From NCBI GenBank assembly GCA_035279745.1, contig DATEHE010000008.1:8358-72357 (forward strand): a stretch of 64,000 nt of DNA, read 5' to 3'. Below, in pieces: positions 40,046-49,904 of the stretch. Source of the DNA: Candidatus Acidiferrum sp. Lineage in GTDB: Bacteria > Acidobacteriota > Terriglobia > Acidiferrales > UBA7541. The notes under the pieces were generated by a model that saw nothing but the letters and a program-made list of their open reading frames with translations, searched no databases and was not told the origin of the DNA. Both the position numbers and the translations under genes were made by a program. Position 1 is the first letter of the stretch; each line of letters opens with the position of its first letter.

Positions 40046-43000
40046 ATGAAGCGAATGAAAGTTTGGGCAGGTTTACTGGGGCTCAGTCTGGCAATTGGAA
40101 TGGTGCTGCTGCAAGCACCTGAGACGAAGGCGCAATCCACGACGGATGGAGCGATCGGAGGAACGGTAACGGATCCTTCCGGCGCGGTGGTACCGGGAGC
40201 GAGCGTCAGCACGGAAAATCTGGGAACAGCGAGCAAGGCGAGTGGAGTGACGGACGGTAGCGGACACTATCAGATCGCGCACTTGCAGCCGGGGACGTAT
40301 CTATTGGAAATTTCGGCGACCGGATTTGGCGTGTACAAAGCCGAGCGCGTCACCGTGGAAGTCGGAAGAACGACCACGATAGACGTTAAGCTGAACGTGA
40401 AAACGGCCTCGGAAACGGTGGTAGCGACGGCGGAAGCGCCGGTGATCGTGGCGGATCGCGCGGATTTTTCGACGAATATCAACCAGACAACGATCCAGAA
40501 CCTGCCGATCAACGGAAGGAGATGGTCCTTCTTTGCGTTGAGCACGCCGGGAGCGACACCCGACGGCGGCTTTGGCCTGGTGAGCTTCCGCGGAATTTCC
40601 GGGCTGCTGAATAACAACACGGTGGACGGCGCAGACAACAACCAGGCGTTCTTCAGCGAAGAGCGAGGAAGAACGCGCATCAGCTATTCGACGAGCGAAG
40701 CATCCATTCAAGAATTCCAAATCAATACCTCCAACTACTCGGCGGAGTATGGAAGGGCGGCCGGAGGTGTGGTGAATGCGGTGACGAAGAGCGGAACGAA
40801 TCAGATTCACGGGGAAGCGTTCTGGTATTTGCGGAGCAGCGACTGGGGCGCGATCAATCCATTTCAAACTCATCTGGTGAATGGAGTTGCTACGCCTTTC
40901 CTGCCGGAAGACAAGCGACATCAGTTTGGCGGCGACCTAGGGGGAGCGATCATCAAGGACAAATTGTTCTGGTTCTTCAGCGCGGACCAGCAACTAAGGC
41001 CGTTTCCAGCAGTGGCGAATTCGGGAACCCCAGGAGCGATCTTCGCGCCCGTGACTGTTTCCGCGCCAACAGGAACAAATACGTGCACGACGAAGAATTT
41101 GCCCGAGGGCAATACGCTGTTCTGCCGTGGGGTCACGCAAACACAGGCGAACAGCGCGGTAGCGTTTTTGCAAACTCTGACGGGGACTGTGGGAAGGCGG
41201 GGAGACCAACTCATTCTGCTTCCCAAGATCGATTGGATCATCAACTCCAAGAACCACGTATCGTTTACCTACAACCGGCTGCGGTGGAATTCCCCAGAGG
41301 GAATTCAGACGGCGGCAGTGGTGAACCGGGGAATCGAAAGCTTCGGAAACGACTACGTGAAAGACGACTGGGGAGTGGCGAAACTGATCACCACGGTGAC
41401 GTCCACGTTGACGAACGAACTGCGCTATCAATATGGCCGCGATTTCGAGTTCGAGAACGGACAAAACGCGATCAGCGGCGAGCCGGTTTCGCAGCTTGGA
41501 TTCTCGCCGCAGATTTCCGTCGGCGGCGTTGGGTCCTTCACATTCGGGATGCCGAATTTTCTGAACCGGCCGCAATATCCCTATGAAACGAGGAACCAGG
41601 TTGCGGACACGATGGCCTGGAGCCGGGGAACGCACCTGCTGAAGTTCGGAATCGACGTGAACCACGTGCACGATACGGAAGTGAACCTGTTCGAGGGTTT
41701 TGGAGCCTATTCGTACAGCACGCGTGCCGACTTCATCAGCGACTTCACTGCAGCGCAGGCGAAATCCGCTCCGCTCTGCGGGACAGTCTCTACACCCACC
41801 GGTTGTTATTCGAGCTTCGCGCAGGGATTCGGAACGCCGGGATTCAGTTTCTCGACAAACGATCTTGCGTTCTTCGTGCAGGATGACTGGCGAATCCGGC
41901 CGAGACTCACTTTGAATCTCGGACTGCGTTATGAGACAGAATTGCTGCCATCGCCGCAACTGCCCAACAGCGCGTTGCCGACCACGACTACTTTTCTTTC
42001 GGATCGTTCGGACTTCGGTCCCCGGCTGGGGGCAGCATACGACGTATTTGGCGACGGAAAGACGATCGTTCGCGGCGGCTACGGGATGTTTTACGGCCGT
42101 GTGATCAATTCCACGATCTTCAATGCGATTGCGAATACCGCGTTGCCGGCGGGTCAAAGCACGACGTCGCTGCAAGCGTCAGCCGCAACTGCGCCGCAAT
42201 ATCCCAATGTGATTTTGGCCGGCGGAGGCACAGTGCCCTTCGGCGTAACGGCGGTGGGATTCGCGCCGGGAAGCAAACTCCCGTTAGTGCACGAATTCGA
42301 TGCCGAAGTGGAGCGGCAGATCGCGACCAATACGGTGGTGACCGTGTCCTATGTAGGAAGCCTGGGACGGCGGCTGCCGCGTTTCGTGGATACGAATCTG
42401 GCGAACGCGACGCTCACAACCAATTACACCGTGGCGGCGGCAACCGGCACGGTCACAAGCCCATTCGTGAGCCAGGATTTCGTCGGGCAAACGTTTAGCG
42501 AGCCATATTTCGGAGTGCCGACGACATTGACCGGCACACGCCGGCCGGACAACGCTTTCGGCGCCATCACGAATATCAGCTACAACGTAGATTCGAAATA
42601 CAACGCGCTGGTCGTAGGACTGAACCGCCGATTCTATAAGGGGTTCCAGATTCAGTCTTCCTACACCTTCGCTCACTCAAACGATTACGGGCAAGCTTCA
42701 CAGACCTTCACGGTTTCCAACAACGTGCTGAATCCGTTCAACCTGGCGGGGGAATACGGCCGATCAAACTTCGATCTGCGGCATGTGTTCGTGTTCGCGG
42801 CCGTATGGACACCGGATGCCTACAAGGGAGAAAACAAGATTCTGCAGCATCTCTTGAATGGCTACACGCTGGCGCCGCTCTTCAAGGCGTCATCCGGAGC
42901 GCCATTTACGCCGCTCATCCAGGGAAATGCGCCGAATCAAACCGGGTTTACGTCGTTTACGGGAGGGACAGGAGTGCTGGCGGACGGAGGAACCAATCGG

Positions 43001-43282
43001 GTGCCGTGGCTGGCTCCGAATTCATTCCAAATGCCGCGAACGGCGAACGTGGATTTCCGGCTGCAGAAAGAATTTGCCGTACATGAGAACTGGAAATTGA
43101 CGCTCAGCGGCGATGCCTTCAACTTGTTCAACCACAACAACGTAACCGGCGTGGACACGCAGATGTACACAATCTCGGGGACTTCGCTCGTGTTTAACGG
43201 ACATTTCGGAGTGCCTACTTCCTCGAGCAACACGCTGATTGCGCAGCGGCAAATCCAGGTCGGGCTTCGGCTGACATTCTGA
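40046..43282 (+). CDS. TonB-dependent receptor with N-terminal carboxypeptidase-regulatory-like domain
   Basis: Signal peptide, a CarboxypepD_reg-like beta sandwich (GGTVTDPSGAVVPGASV), a plug region (RGISGLLNNNTVDGADNN), a long beta-barrel and a C-terminal ...VGLRLTF. Confidence 0.85.
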   Translation: MKRMKVWAGLLGLSLAIGMVLLQAPETKAQSTTDGAIGGTVTDPSGAVVPGASVSTENLGTASKASGVTDGSGHYQIAHLQPGTYLLEISATGFGVYKAERVTVEVGRTTTIDVKLNVKTASETVVATAEAPVIVADRADFSTNINQTTIQNLPINGRRWSFFALSTPGATPDGGFGLVSFRGISGLLNNNTVDGADNNQAFFSEERGRTRISYSTSEASIQEFQINTSNYSAEYGRAAGGVVNAVTKSGTNQIHGEAFWYLRSSDWGAINPFQTHLVNGVATPFLPEDKRHQFGGDLGGAIIKDKLFWFFSADQQLRPFPAVANSGTPGAIFAPVTVSAPTGTNTCTTKNLPEGNTLFCRGVTQTQANSAVAFLQTLTGTVGRRGDQLILLPKIDWIINSKNHVSFTYNRLRWNSPEGIQTAAVVNRGIESFGNDYVKDDWGVAKLITTVTSTLTNELRYQYGRDFEFENGQNAISGEPVSQLGFSPQISVGGVGSFTFGMPNFLNRPQYPYETRNQVADTMAWSRGTHLLKFGIDVNHVHDTEVNLFEGFGAYSYSTRADFISDFTAAQAKSAPLCGTVSTPTGCYSSFAQGFGTPGFSFSTNDLAFFVQDDWRIRPRLTLNLGLRYETELLPSPQLPNSALPTTTTFLSDRSDFGPRLGAAYDVFGDGKTIVRGGYGMFYGRVINSTIFNAIANTALPAGQSTTSLQASAATAPQYPNVILAGGGTVPFGVTAVGFAPGSKLPLVHEFDAEVERQIATNTVVTVSYVGSLGRRLPRFVDTNLANATLTTNYTVAAATGTVTSPFVSQDFVGQTFSEPYFGVPTTLTGTRRPDNAFGAITNISYNVDSKYNALVVGLNRRFYKGFQIQSSYTFAHSNDYGQASQTFTVSNNVLNPFNLAGEYGRSNFDLRHVFVFAAVWTPDAYKGENKILQHLLNGYTLAPLFKASSGAPFTPLIQGNAPNQTGFTSFTGGTGVLADGGTNRVPWLAPNSFQMPRTANVDFRLQKEFAVHENWKLTLSGDAFNLFNHNNVTGVDTQMYTISGTSLVFNGHFGVPTSSSNTLIAQRQIQVGLRLTF

Positions 43283-43300
43283 GGCGCGATCGAAACCAAT

Positions 43301-43344
43301 AAAGAAAAAGGGCGTCCCGCACGATCGGGGCGCCCTCTTCTTTT
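43301..43344. terminator. bidirectional terminator hairpin between convergent genes
   Basis: An 11-bp GC-rich stem (one G-T pair) joins 43309-43319 to 43326-43336. It is flanked by AAAGAAAAA on one side and CTTCTTTT on the other. Confidence 0.55.
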
Positions 43345-43382
43345 GCCGAATGAAAAAATGCGAAGAGACCTGTAAAACGCAA

Positions 43383-44399
43383 TCAGGCGTGGGGATGGGT
43401 CTTATCGTAAATGTCCATGAGCTGGCGAATCGAGGCGTGCGTGTATTTCTGCGTGGTGGAGAGGGATTGATGGCCGAGGAGTTCCTGAATGGCGCGAAGA
43501 TCCGCACCATCCGCGAGCAGATGAGTGGCAAAGGCGTGGCGAAGGGAATGTGGATGCAGATCCCAGTTCACGTTCACGAGGCGAAAATATTTTTTAACGA
43601 TCCGGCCTACGGAGCGCTGCGTGAGGCGGCGGCCAGCGTAGTTGAGAAAGACAGGCGAATTCTGCGGAGCTTCACGAGGCGCGCGGTTCGTGCGGGCACG
43701 CAGAAGCAGCTCCTCGCGTAACGGCCAATATTTTTCGAGAGCGGCCTGCGCCTTAGTCCCGTAAGGAACGATACGCTCCTTATCGCCTTTGCCGCGAACG
43801 CGAAGCACGCGTTCCTTTTGATCCATGTCTTCGAGGTTTAGCCCGGTCAGTTCGCTGACGCGGAGGCCGGCAGCATAGAGCAATTCGAGCAGGGCGCGAT
43901 CGCGGCGCAGAAGAAGTGCGTCGTCTTTTGCGCGGAGAGGTTCCGGGCGAGCCGACTGTGTCTTTCGCGAAGATCCCTGCCTGCGAGGCAGGCCGCCGCC
44001 GGCCGCGGGGGAGCGAAAATCCGCCAACTGGTTCAGAACGCCGTTCATCTCCTCGGCGGAAAGAACGGAAGGAATGCGCTTGGGCAGTTTGGGCGTGGGA
44101 ACGAGCCGCGCCGGATTTTCCTTGAGGCGCCCTTCGCGGACGCAATATTTGAAGAATGAGCGGAGAGAGGCGAGTTTGCGGGCAATCGAACTTTTTTGCA
44201 GACCGAGGTCATGAAGATGGCCAACGAATTCGCGAATAGTCGTGTGAGAGATGCCTGAGAGCGGAGGCGGTTCGAGATCCGGAGGAGAGAGATAGGCGGT
44301 GAATTGATCGAGGTCTTTGCCGTAATTGGAGACAGTGTGCGGAGACGAATTCCTTACCGAACGAAGATACTCGAGATACTTGGCGATAGCCGTTTTCAT
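43383..44399 (-). CDS. tyrosine recombinase XerC/XerD family
   Basis: Catalytic residues are in context (AGLRVSEL, HSLRHAFATH, LLGHQSLSTTQKYTH), and a SAM-like core-binding domain is present. Confidence 0.85.
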   Translation of the reverse strand: MKTAIAKYLEYLRSVRNSSPHTVSNYGKDLDQFTAYLSPPDLEPPPLSGISHTTIREFVGHLHDLGLQKSSIARKLASLRSFFKYCVREGRLKENPARLVPTPKLPKRIPSVLSAEEMNGVLNQLADFRSPAAGGGLPRRQGSSRKTQSARPEPLRAKDDALLLRRDRALLELLYAAGLRVSELTGLNLEDMDQKERVLRVRGKGDKERIVPYGTKAQAALEKYWPLREELLLRARTNRAPREAPQNSPVFLNYAGRRLTQRSVGRIVKKYFRLVNVNWDLHPHSLRHAFATHLLADGADLRAIQELLGHQSLSTTQKYTHASIRQLMDIYDKTHPHA

Positions 44400-44628
44400 G
44401 GGGTCCGGGGGAACAGTGCCGGGCGCTCCGTTCTGGGTCCTTCAATTATATAGGACGGAAGACGCCCGCGAGGCTAGTTACTCGGCCCAGGGGGAGTTGG
44501 TCGTTGAAAGTCAACGCGGCCGTAATTGTTTACGCTTTGAGTCAAGCGATGGTAGGCTCCTCCTAACTTCATGAAGTTGGATAGGCGAAGAAATGTGAAT
44601 CTGCTTCAGCTTTCATGATGCTTGCGAT

Positions 44629-45213
44629 TTGGAGGAGATCCCTATGCAATCCAGGCGGATAGTCATGTGCGGGTTACTGGTTCTGTGTCTCGGCGTGATG
44701 CTCAAGGCGCAACAAACACAGCAAGAACCACAGGCGGATGCGAGCAAGGCAGCGGCGCCCGCGGCTGCGCCGGAAAAACTCTTATTGAAGGAAGGCACCG
44801 ACGTGAATCTCAAGTTTGCGCAGGACTTGAGCTCGAAAACGGCAAACGACGACGACCCGGTGGCGCTCGTGCTGGACCAAGACATAAAAGTCGGCGACGT
44901 CGTCGTTGTGAGGGCTGGGGCAAAAGCCGTGGGAACAATTACCCACGCAAAGAAGGCGGGCATGATGGGCAAGGCCGGCGAATTGAACATGCGTCTCGAC
45001 TATTTGATTACCGACGACGGCCGGATAAGGTTGCGCGGAACCAAGGGGAAGGAAGGCGAAGGAAAAGTAGGAGCGACCGTCGCGCTAACCGTATTGTTTG
45101 GTCCAATTGGGTTGATAAAGCACGGAAAGAATGTCGAGATCAAACAAGGAACTCCGCTGCTGGTTTACACGGATGAGGATAAATCGCTGACGCCAAAGGC
45201 AGCAGCGCAGTAG
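44629..45213 (+). CDS. secreted hypothetical protein
   Basis: 194 aa with a signal peptide (probable start MQSRRIVMCGLL). No motif was recognised. Confidence 0.45.
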   Translation: MEEIPMQSRRIVMCGLLVLCLGVMLKAQQTQQEPQADASKAAAPAAAPEKLLLKEGTDVNLKFAQDLSSKTANDDDPVALVLDQDIKVGDVVVVRAGAKAVGTITHAKKAGMMGKAGELNMRLDYLITDDGRIRLRGTKGKEGEGKVGATVALTVLFGPIGLIKHGKNVEIKQGTPLLVYTDEDKSLTPKAAAQ

Positions 45214-45272
45214 TGGGACGATGCCCGTCGCCGGCTTGTAATTGCGGCAAGCGAAAGGATTGAGAAGCGCGG

Positions 45273-47960
45273 CTAACTCTTCGCGCCAACCGGCGCGGGC
45301 TCTTCCTGCGGAACCGGACCAGCGGCTTCGGGAGCCAGCTTCTCCCAGTCGCAGCCCTCTTTCAGGCAAGTGTGAACGGTGCCGATCTTGGATTTCTTTT
45401 CAACGATGAACGGCGCGCCACACTTTGGACACGGCTCGGCGATGGGCATGAACGGCGTCGTGAAATCGCAATCGGGATAGCGGGAGCATCCATAGAAAAT
45501 GCGCGGGCGCCCGCGGCCTCCCTTGCCGGCGCTGCCGCGGCGAACGAACTCACCTTCCTGGCACTTCGGGCATTTGATGCCGAGCGTGATGGGGCGAGTG
45601 TATTTGCATTTGGGATAGTTCGAACAGCCGATGAATTCGCCGAAGCGGCCGTGCTTTTTGACGAGGCCGTTCCCGCACAAAGAACATTTTTCATCGAGCG
45701 GCTCGTCCGGCTGGTGCGCGATGCGTGTGCCTTGAACGAGACGGCGCGTGGTTTTGCAATCCGGATAACCCTTGCAGGCAAGAAACGTGCCGAACCGGCC
45801 GCGCTTGATGACCATTTCCTTGCCGCAATTATCGCAGTACTCGATTTTCGGTTCGCCGGTTTCCTCCGGAAGCTCCGGCGAAAGATCCTCGATGAAATCG
45901 CAATCCGGATAGCGGTTGCAGCCCAGGAAGAAACCGTGGCGGCTGATGCGTTCGAGCAGCTCGCCCTGGCCGCACTTCGGACATTTCTTTCCAGTGGCGA
46001 TGCCGGCTTTATAGGAAAGCATCTCCTCATCGGCGCGATCGAGATCCACGATGAATTTTTCCCAGAATTCCTTCACGGCTTCGCGCCAGGGAAGCTTTCC
46101 CTCTTCAATGTTGTCCAATTCTTCTTCGAGCCTGGCCGTGAAGGTGACATCGAAAATGTCTTCAAAACTTTTGACGAGAAGCACGCTTACGCGCTCGCCA
46201 AGCATGGTCGGCGAAAAACGCCCTTGATCTTTGGTCACATACTCGCGCTCGACGATCGTCGAAATGATCGAAGCATAAGTGGAAGGACGGCCAATTCCCT
46301 TTTCCTCGAGTTCCTTCACCAAAGTCGCGTCGTTGTAACGCGGCGGCGGTTCCGTGAAGTGCTGGTCCGGGCGAATTTGCACGAGGCGCAACGCCTGGCC
46401 CTCGGTAACGCGCGGAAGCGATTTGCCCTCGCCGTCATCGTCCATCTCGTCGTCCTCGCGATCCGCGTTGGAAGCCGGAAGCTGGTAAACCCGGAGGTAG
46501 CCGTCAAATTTCTGAACGGAGCCGGTCGCGCGGAAAGTGTAATCCGAAGCGGCGATGTCTATCGTCGTGTGATCAAAAACTGCGGGAAGCATTTGAGAGG
46601 CGACGAAGCGCTGCCAGATAAGCTGGTAAAGCTTGAAAAGATCATCGTCAAGATACTTGCGAACATCCTCCGGAGCGCGCGAAACGTCGGTGGGGCGGAC
46701 CGCTTCGTGCGCTTCCTGTGCATCCTTTTTCGATTTATAGAAATTCGGTTTTTCCGGCAAATAGCTGGCGCCGAAACGATCGGGAATCAGTTCGCGGACT
46801 TGAGCGAGCGCATCGTTGGAGACGTTAACGGAATCGGTGCGCATGTAGGTGATGAGCGCTACGGAGCCCTCATCGCCAAGCTCGACGCCTTCATAAAGCT
46901 TCTGAGCGAGAGACATCGTTCGCTTGGCGGTGTACCGAAGACGGTTGTAAGCCGCTTGCTGAAGCTTGGAAGTTGTGAAGGGCGGCGGCGGATTGCGCCG
47001 TTTTTCTTTCTGCGCAACCGAGCTCACCTGCCACTTGGCTTTGGAGACGGCGGCGACAATTTTGTCGGCAGCCTCCTGGTTCTTCACCTCAAGATCTTCG
47101 CCTTTGAGCTTGACGAGTTTCGCTTCGAACTGGGGAGGATTGCCGGAATCGAGAGTGGCGTGGATCGTCCAATATTCCTGCGGAACGAAACCGCGAATCT
47201 CCAGTTCCCGTTCAACGATCAGTCGCAGCGCAACCGTCTGCACGCGGCCTGCAGAGAGGCCACGGCGGACCTTGTTCCAAAGCAGTGGCGAAATCTTGTA
47301 GCCGACAATGCGGTCAAGCACACGGCGCGCCTGCTGCGCATCAACGAGATGCTCGTCGATTTTTCCGGCGTGCTCGAACGCGGCGCGAATCGCTTTCGGC
47401 GTAATTTCATTGAAAGTGACGCGAAAGATTTTCTTGGGATCGGTGGGAGGGATTTCCTTCTTCGGTTCTTCCTTCTTTGGAGCTTCCTGGCCGTTCGATT
47501 CAGCAGTCTTTTTCTTGAACCGCGGGAAACTCGGCTCCTGCTCGGTGAATTTGTTCGGCTTTGCCAAAACCATCGCCAAGTGTGCGGAGATCGCTTCGCC
47601 TTCGCGATCGGGGTCCGCCGCCAGGTAGACTGCATCCGCGCTGCTCGCGGCTTTGCGCAGATCGTTGATGACTTTTCCCTTGCCGGCAATGATCTGCAGG
47701 GTCGGCTCAAACAGTTTTTCGTCGTCCAGCGTAATGGGCGCGCGAACCGGCCGGTCCTTGGACTTCTTGCCGCCCTTTTTTGTGCGCCGCTTTTTCTTTC
47801 CGTTGGCTTCTTCCTCGCCAGGCAGACGAATACCAATTGTTTTCTTGGGCAGATCCATGACGTGGCCAATCGAGGCCTTCACGGTGTAATTCCGCCCCAG
47901 ATACTTATTAATCGTCTTCGCCTTGGCGGGCGACTCCACTATCACCAACGAGCGTGCCAT
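45273..47960 (-). CDS. topA: DNA topoisomerase I with four C-terminal C4 zinc ribbons
   Basis: TOPRIM start LVIVESPAKAKTINKYLG, active-site region ITYMRTDS and repeated CPKCG...C..YP.C modules. Confidence 0.95.
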   Translation of the reverse strand: MARSLVIVESPAKAKTINKYLGRNYTVKASIGHVMDLPKKTIGIRLPGEEEANGKKKRRTKKGGKKSKDRPVRAPITLDDEKLFEPTLQIIAGKGKVINDLRKAASSADAVYLAADPDREGEAISAHLAMVLAKPNKFTEQEPSFPRFKKKTAESNGQEAPKKEEPKKEIPPTDPKKIFRVTFNEITPKAIRAAFEHAGKIDEHLVDAQQARRVLDRIVGYKISPLLWNKVRRGLSAGRVQTVALRLIVERELEIRGFVPQEYWTIHATLDSGNPPQFEAKLVKLKGEDLEVKNQEAADKIVAAVSKAKWQVSSVAQKEKRRNPPPPFTTSKLQQAAYNRLRYTAKRTMSLAQKLYEGVELGDEGSVALITYMRTDSVNVSNDALAQVRELIPDRFGASYLPEKPNFYKSKKDAQEAHEAVRPTDVSRAPEDVRKYLDDDLFKLYQLIWQRFVASQMLPAVFDHTTIDIAASDYTFRATGSVQKFDGYLRVYQLPASNADREDDEMDDDGEGKSLPRVTEGQALRLVQIRPDQHFTEPPPRYNDATLVKELEEKGIGRPSTYASIISTIVEREYVTKDQGRFSPTMLGERVSVLLVKSFEDIFDVTFTARLEEELDNIEEGKLPWREAVKEFWEKFIVDLDRADEEMLSYKAGIATGKKCPKCGQGELLERISRHGFFLGCNRYPDCDFIEDLSPELPEETGEPKIEYCDNCGKEMVIKRGRFGTFLACKGYPDCKTTRRLVQGTRIAHQPDEPLDEKCSLCGNGLVKKHGRFGEFIGCSNYPKCKYTRPITLGIKCPKCQEGEFVRRGSAGKGGRGRPRIFYGCSRYPDCDFTTPFMPIAEPCPKCGAPFIVEKKSKIGTVHTCLKEGCDWEKLAPEAAGPVPQEEPAPVGAKS

Positions 47961-48117
47961 CTAGCCTTTGTAACCCCGTACTGTTCTGCTGGAACTGCGG
48001 ACAGCGCGGCGTGTGTCCTTCTCGCTAACTAACACGTAGATGCTTTCATCCGCGCGCGGGATACTCGCGAAAATTAGATGCGAGAACAGAATAAGGCGAT
48101 TCGTGCCTTAAGTGCAG

Positions 48118-49245
48118 CTAAAGCAACACTTTGCTGAACTGCTTCCCCGGCATTTGCCGCACAATCCCCTTCATTTCCAGATCAAAAAGCGTAGCGAGAA
48201 CCTCCGAAGAGTTCAAGCCGGACTGCTCCACGATTTCATCAATGTGTATGGATTCATCCGCGTGAAGCAGTTCGTAGATCTTTTTTTCGACGGGGGTAAG
48301 AGATGCCGCAAGAAGCAGATTCCGCTGCTCGGCTTCCGGCTGCTCAGGCTTGACGAGCGCCGCGCGCACCGGAGTAGGAAGCTCTTCCACCACATCATCG
48401 GCGTTTGTCACCAGCTTCGCGCCCTGCTTGATCAGTTGATTGGGCGCGAAGCTGACCGGCTGAGTTACGTTTCCCGGGACACCGAAAACTTCGCGTCCAA
48501 ATTCCATGGCCAGCCGCGCTGTGATGAGCGAACCGCTATACTGCGCCCCCTCAACGACGATGACTCCTAACGGCATTCCCGCAACAATCCGGTTGCGAAC
48601 CGGGAAATTCTCCGGAGCGGGATGAGTGTGCAAAGAAAATTCGCTGAGGATGGCGCCGCGCTCCAAAACTTTCTCGTACAATTTCTTGTTTTCCTTTGGA
48701 TAGCAGACATCGATTCCCGTGCCCAGCACGCCGATCGCTCGTCCATTCGCAGCCATTGCGCCCTGGTGGGCGATGGCATCAATGCCGCGCGCAAGCCCGC
48801 TGACGATCACGAGTCCCCGGGAAGCGAGCTCGCGTCCTAGCCGTTCCGCCATCTGCGTGCCATAAAGAGTCGGCTTGCGAGTGCCGACAACGCTCAGGCT
48901 GGGAAAATTCAGAACTTCCGGATTGCCGCGCACATAAAGCAGGACGGGCGGATCATAAATTTGCAGCAGGCTCTGAGGGTATTCCGGCTCCGTCCAGTTG
49001 ATCAGGCGGCAGCGGTCAATATTGCCAGCAGCTTTCAACTCCTTTTCCGCCCGCTTGAAAGCCTCTTTTTTGAAAACGGATTGCGCGACGGGAGCGGGCA
49101 AGCTGCAATCCTCCAAATCGCGAAGAGGCGCCCGGAAGATGGCGTCCGGCGACCCGAACCGTTTCAGAAGGCGGGCAGACAGCCGCGAGGCGAGGCCCGG
49201 CGTAAGGGTCAGTGCGAGCCAGGAGAGGGAAGAGTCTAGCTCCAT
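48118..49245 (-). CDS. dprA: DNA-processing protein DprA
   Basis: DprA Rossmann core (SGLARGIDAIAHQGAL) and a C-terminal winged-helix region. It sits upstream of topA, a common arrangement. Confidence 0.9.
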   Translation of the reverse strand: MELDSSLSWLALTLTPGLASRLSARLLKRFGSPDAIFRAPLRDLEDCSLPAPVAQSVFKKEAFKRAEKELKAAGNIDRCRLINWTEPEYPQSLLQIYDPPVLLYVRGNPEVLNFPSLSVVGTRKPTLYGTQMAERLGRELASRGLVIVSGLARGIDAIAHQGAMAANGRAIGVLGTGIDVCYPKENKKLYEKVLERGAILSEFSLHTHPAPENFPVRNRIVAGMPLGVIVVEGAQYSGSLITARLAMEFGREVFGVPGNVTQPVSFAPNQLIKQGAKLVTNADDVVEELPTPVRAALVKPEQPEAEQRNLLLAASLTPVEKKIYELLHADESIHIDEIVEQSGLNSSEVLATLFDLEMKGIVRQMPGKQFSKVLL

Positions 49246-49375
49246 TGCACGCCGAGCTTAAACGAAAGATAAAAGTAGTGTCAAGTAATCTACCCGCCTC
49301 ACAAACCGCTGTGATGCGCATCACCGCCCCGCTAGATCCACTGCGCCAAACTAATATTCGTTTTAGTCCGGGGAA

Positions 49376-49780
49376 TTGCGCATGGTAAAGTCGCTACAGG
49401 TGCGACGCGTTCTCATTTTCGGCTTGGCATTGAGCCTGTTAGGAATCGGGCCGGTACCGCTCTCGGCTTGCGCGCTGCTCACGTCCAGGCTGGCCGAATG
49501 CGCGAATCCAGAGACGAACTCCCATTGCAACGGCATGGACATGGGCGAGAGCACCAAAAATGTTCCCGCTGTCGGCTCATCTGACTCGTGCTGCTCTTCC
49601 TCCCGGCAGCCTGCGGTGCAACTGCAATCACAAACGCCTGATTGTTTGACAATTCCATATGTCACGGCCAGCTACGCGACGGCAGAGACGCCCCGAGCTT
49701 ACGCCGTGCCGTTCGCTTCGGCCCTTGTAGACTCTTCACCGCCCCCGCTTCAATCGCTTCTTTGTACGTTCCTGACCTAG
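49376..49780 (+). CDS. small exported Cys/Met/His-containing hypothetical protein upstream of the cus operon
   Basis: 134 aa with a signal-like N-terminus and a CANPETNSHCNGMDMGE cluster. No known family was recognised. Confidence 0.35.
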   Translation: MRMVKSLQVRRVLIFGLALSLLGIGPVPLSACALLTSRLAECANPETNSHCNGMDMGESTKNVPAVGSSDSCCSSSRQPAVQLQSQTPDCLTIPYVTASYATAETPRAYAVPFASALVDSSPPPLQSLLCTFLT

Positions 49781-49904
49781 ACCTGCCCTGATCAGCCTCG
49801 CGCTGTGCGTGTGTGCCTTTGTCTCTTCGCACATTTGGTGAATTTCTTGCCGGATGCCTTGAACTCGGCCCGGGCATTCGTTCCTGATCGGGAAAGGATA
49901 TCGT

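Noticed and set aside
40994-42175. 393-aa minus-strand ORF
   Set aside because: It is antisense to the TonB-dependent receptor gene, has no motifs and has a typical shadow-ORF composition.
43383-44399. XerC/D-like recombinase as the integrase of the 56-63 kb accessory block
   Set aside because: It is 12 kb away from the block and separated from it by core genes (topA, dprA, cusCBA). It has GC-rich core-like composition and a housekeeping Xer-type sequence.
45372-48032. 886-aa ORF on the plus strand
   Set aside because: It is entirely antisense to topA, whose product is an unmistakable topoisomerase I. Long shadow ORFs are expected in GC-rich coding DNA. Its translation is Arg/Ala/Leu-rich with no motifs.
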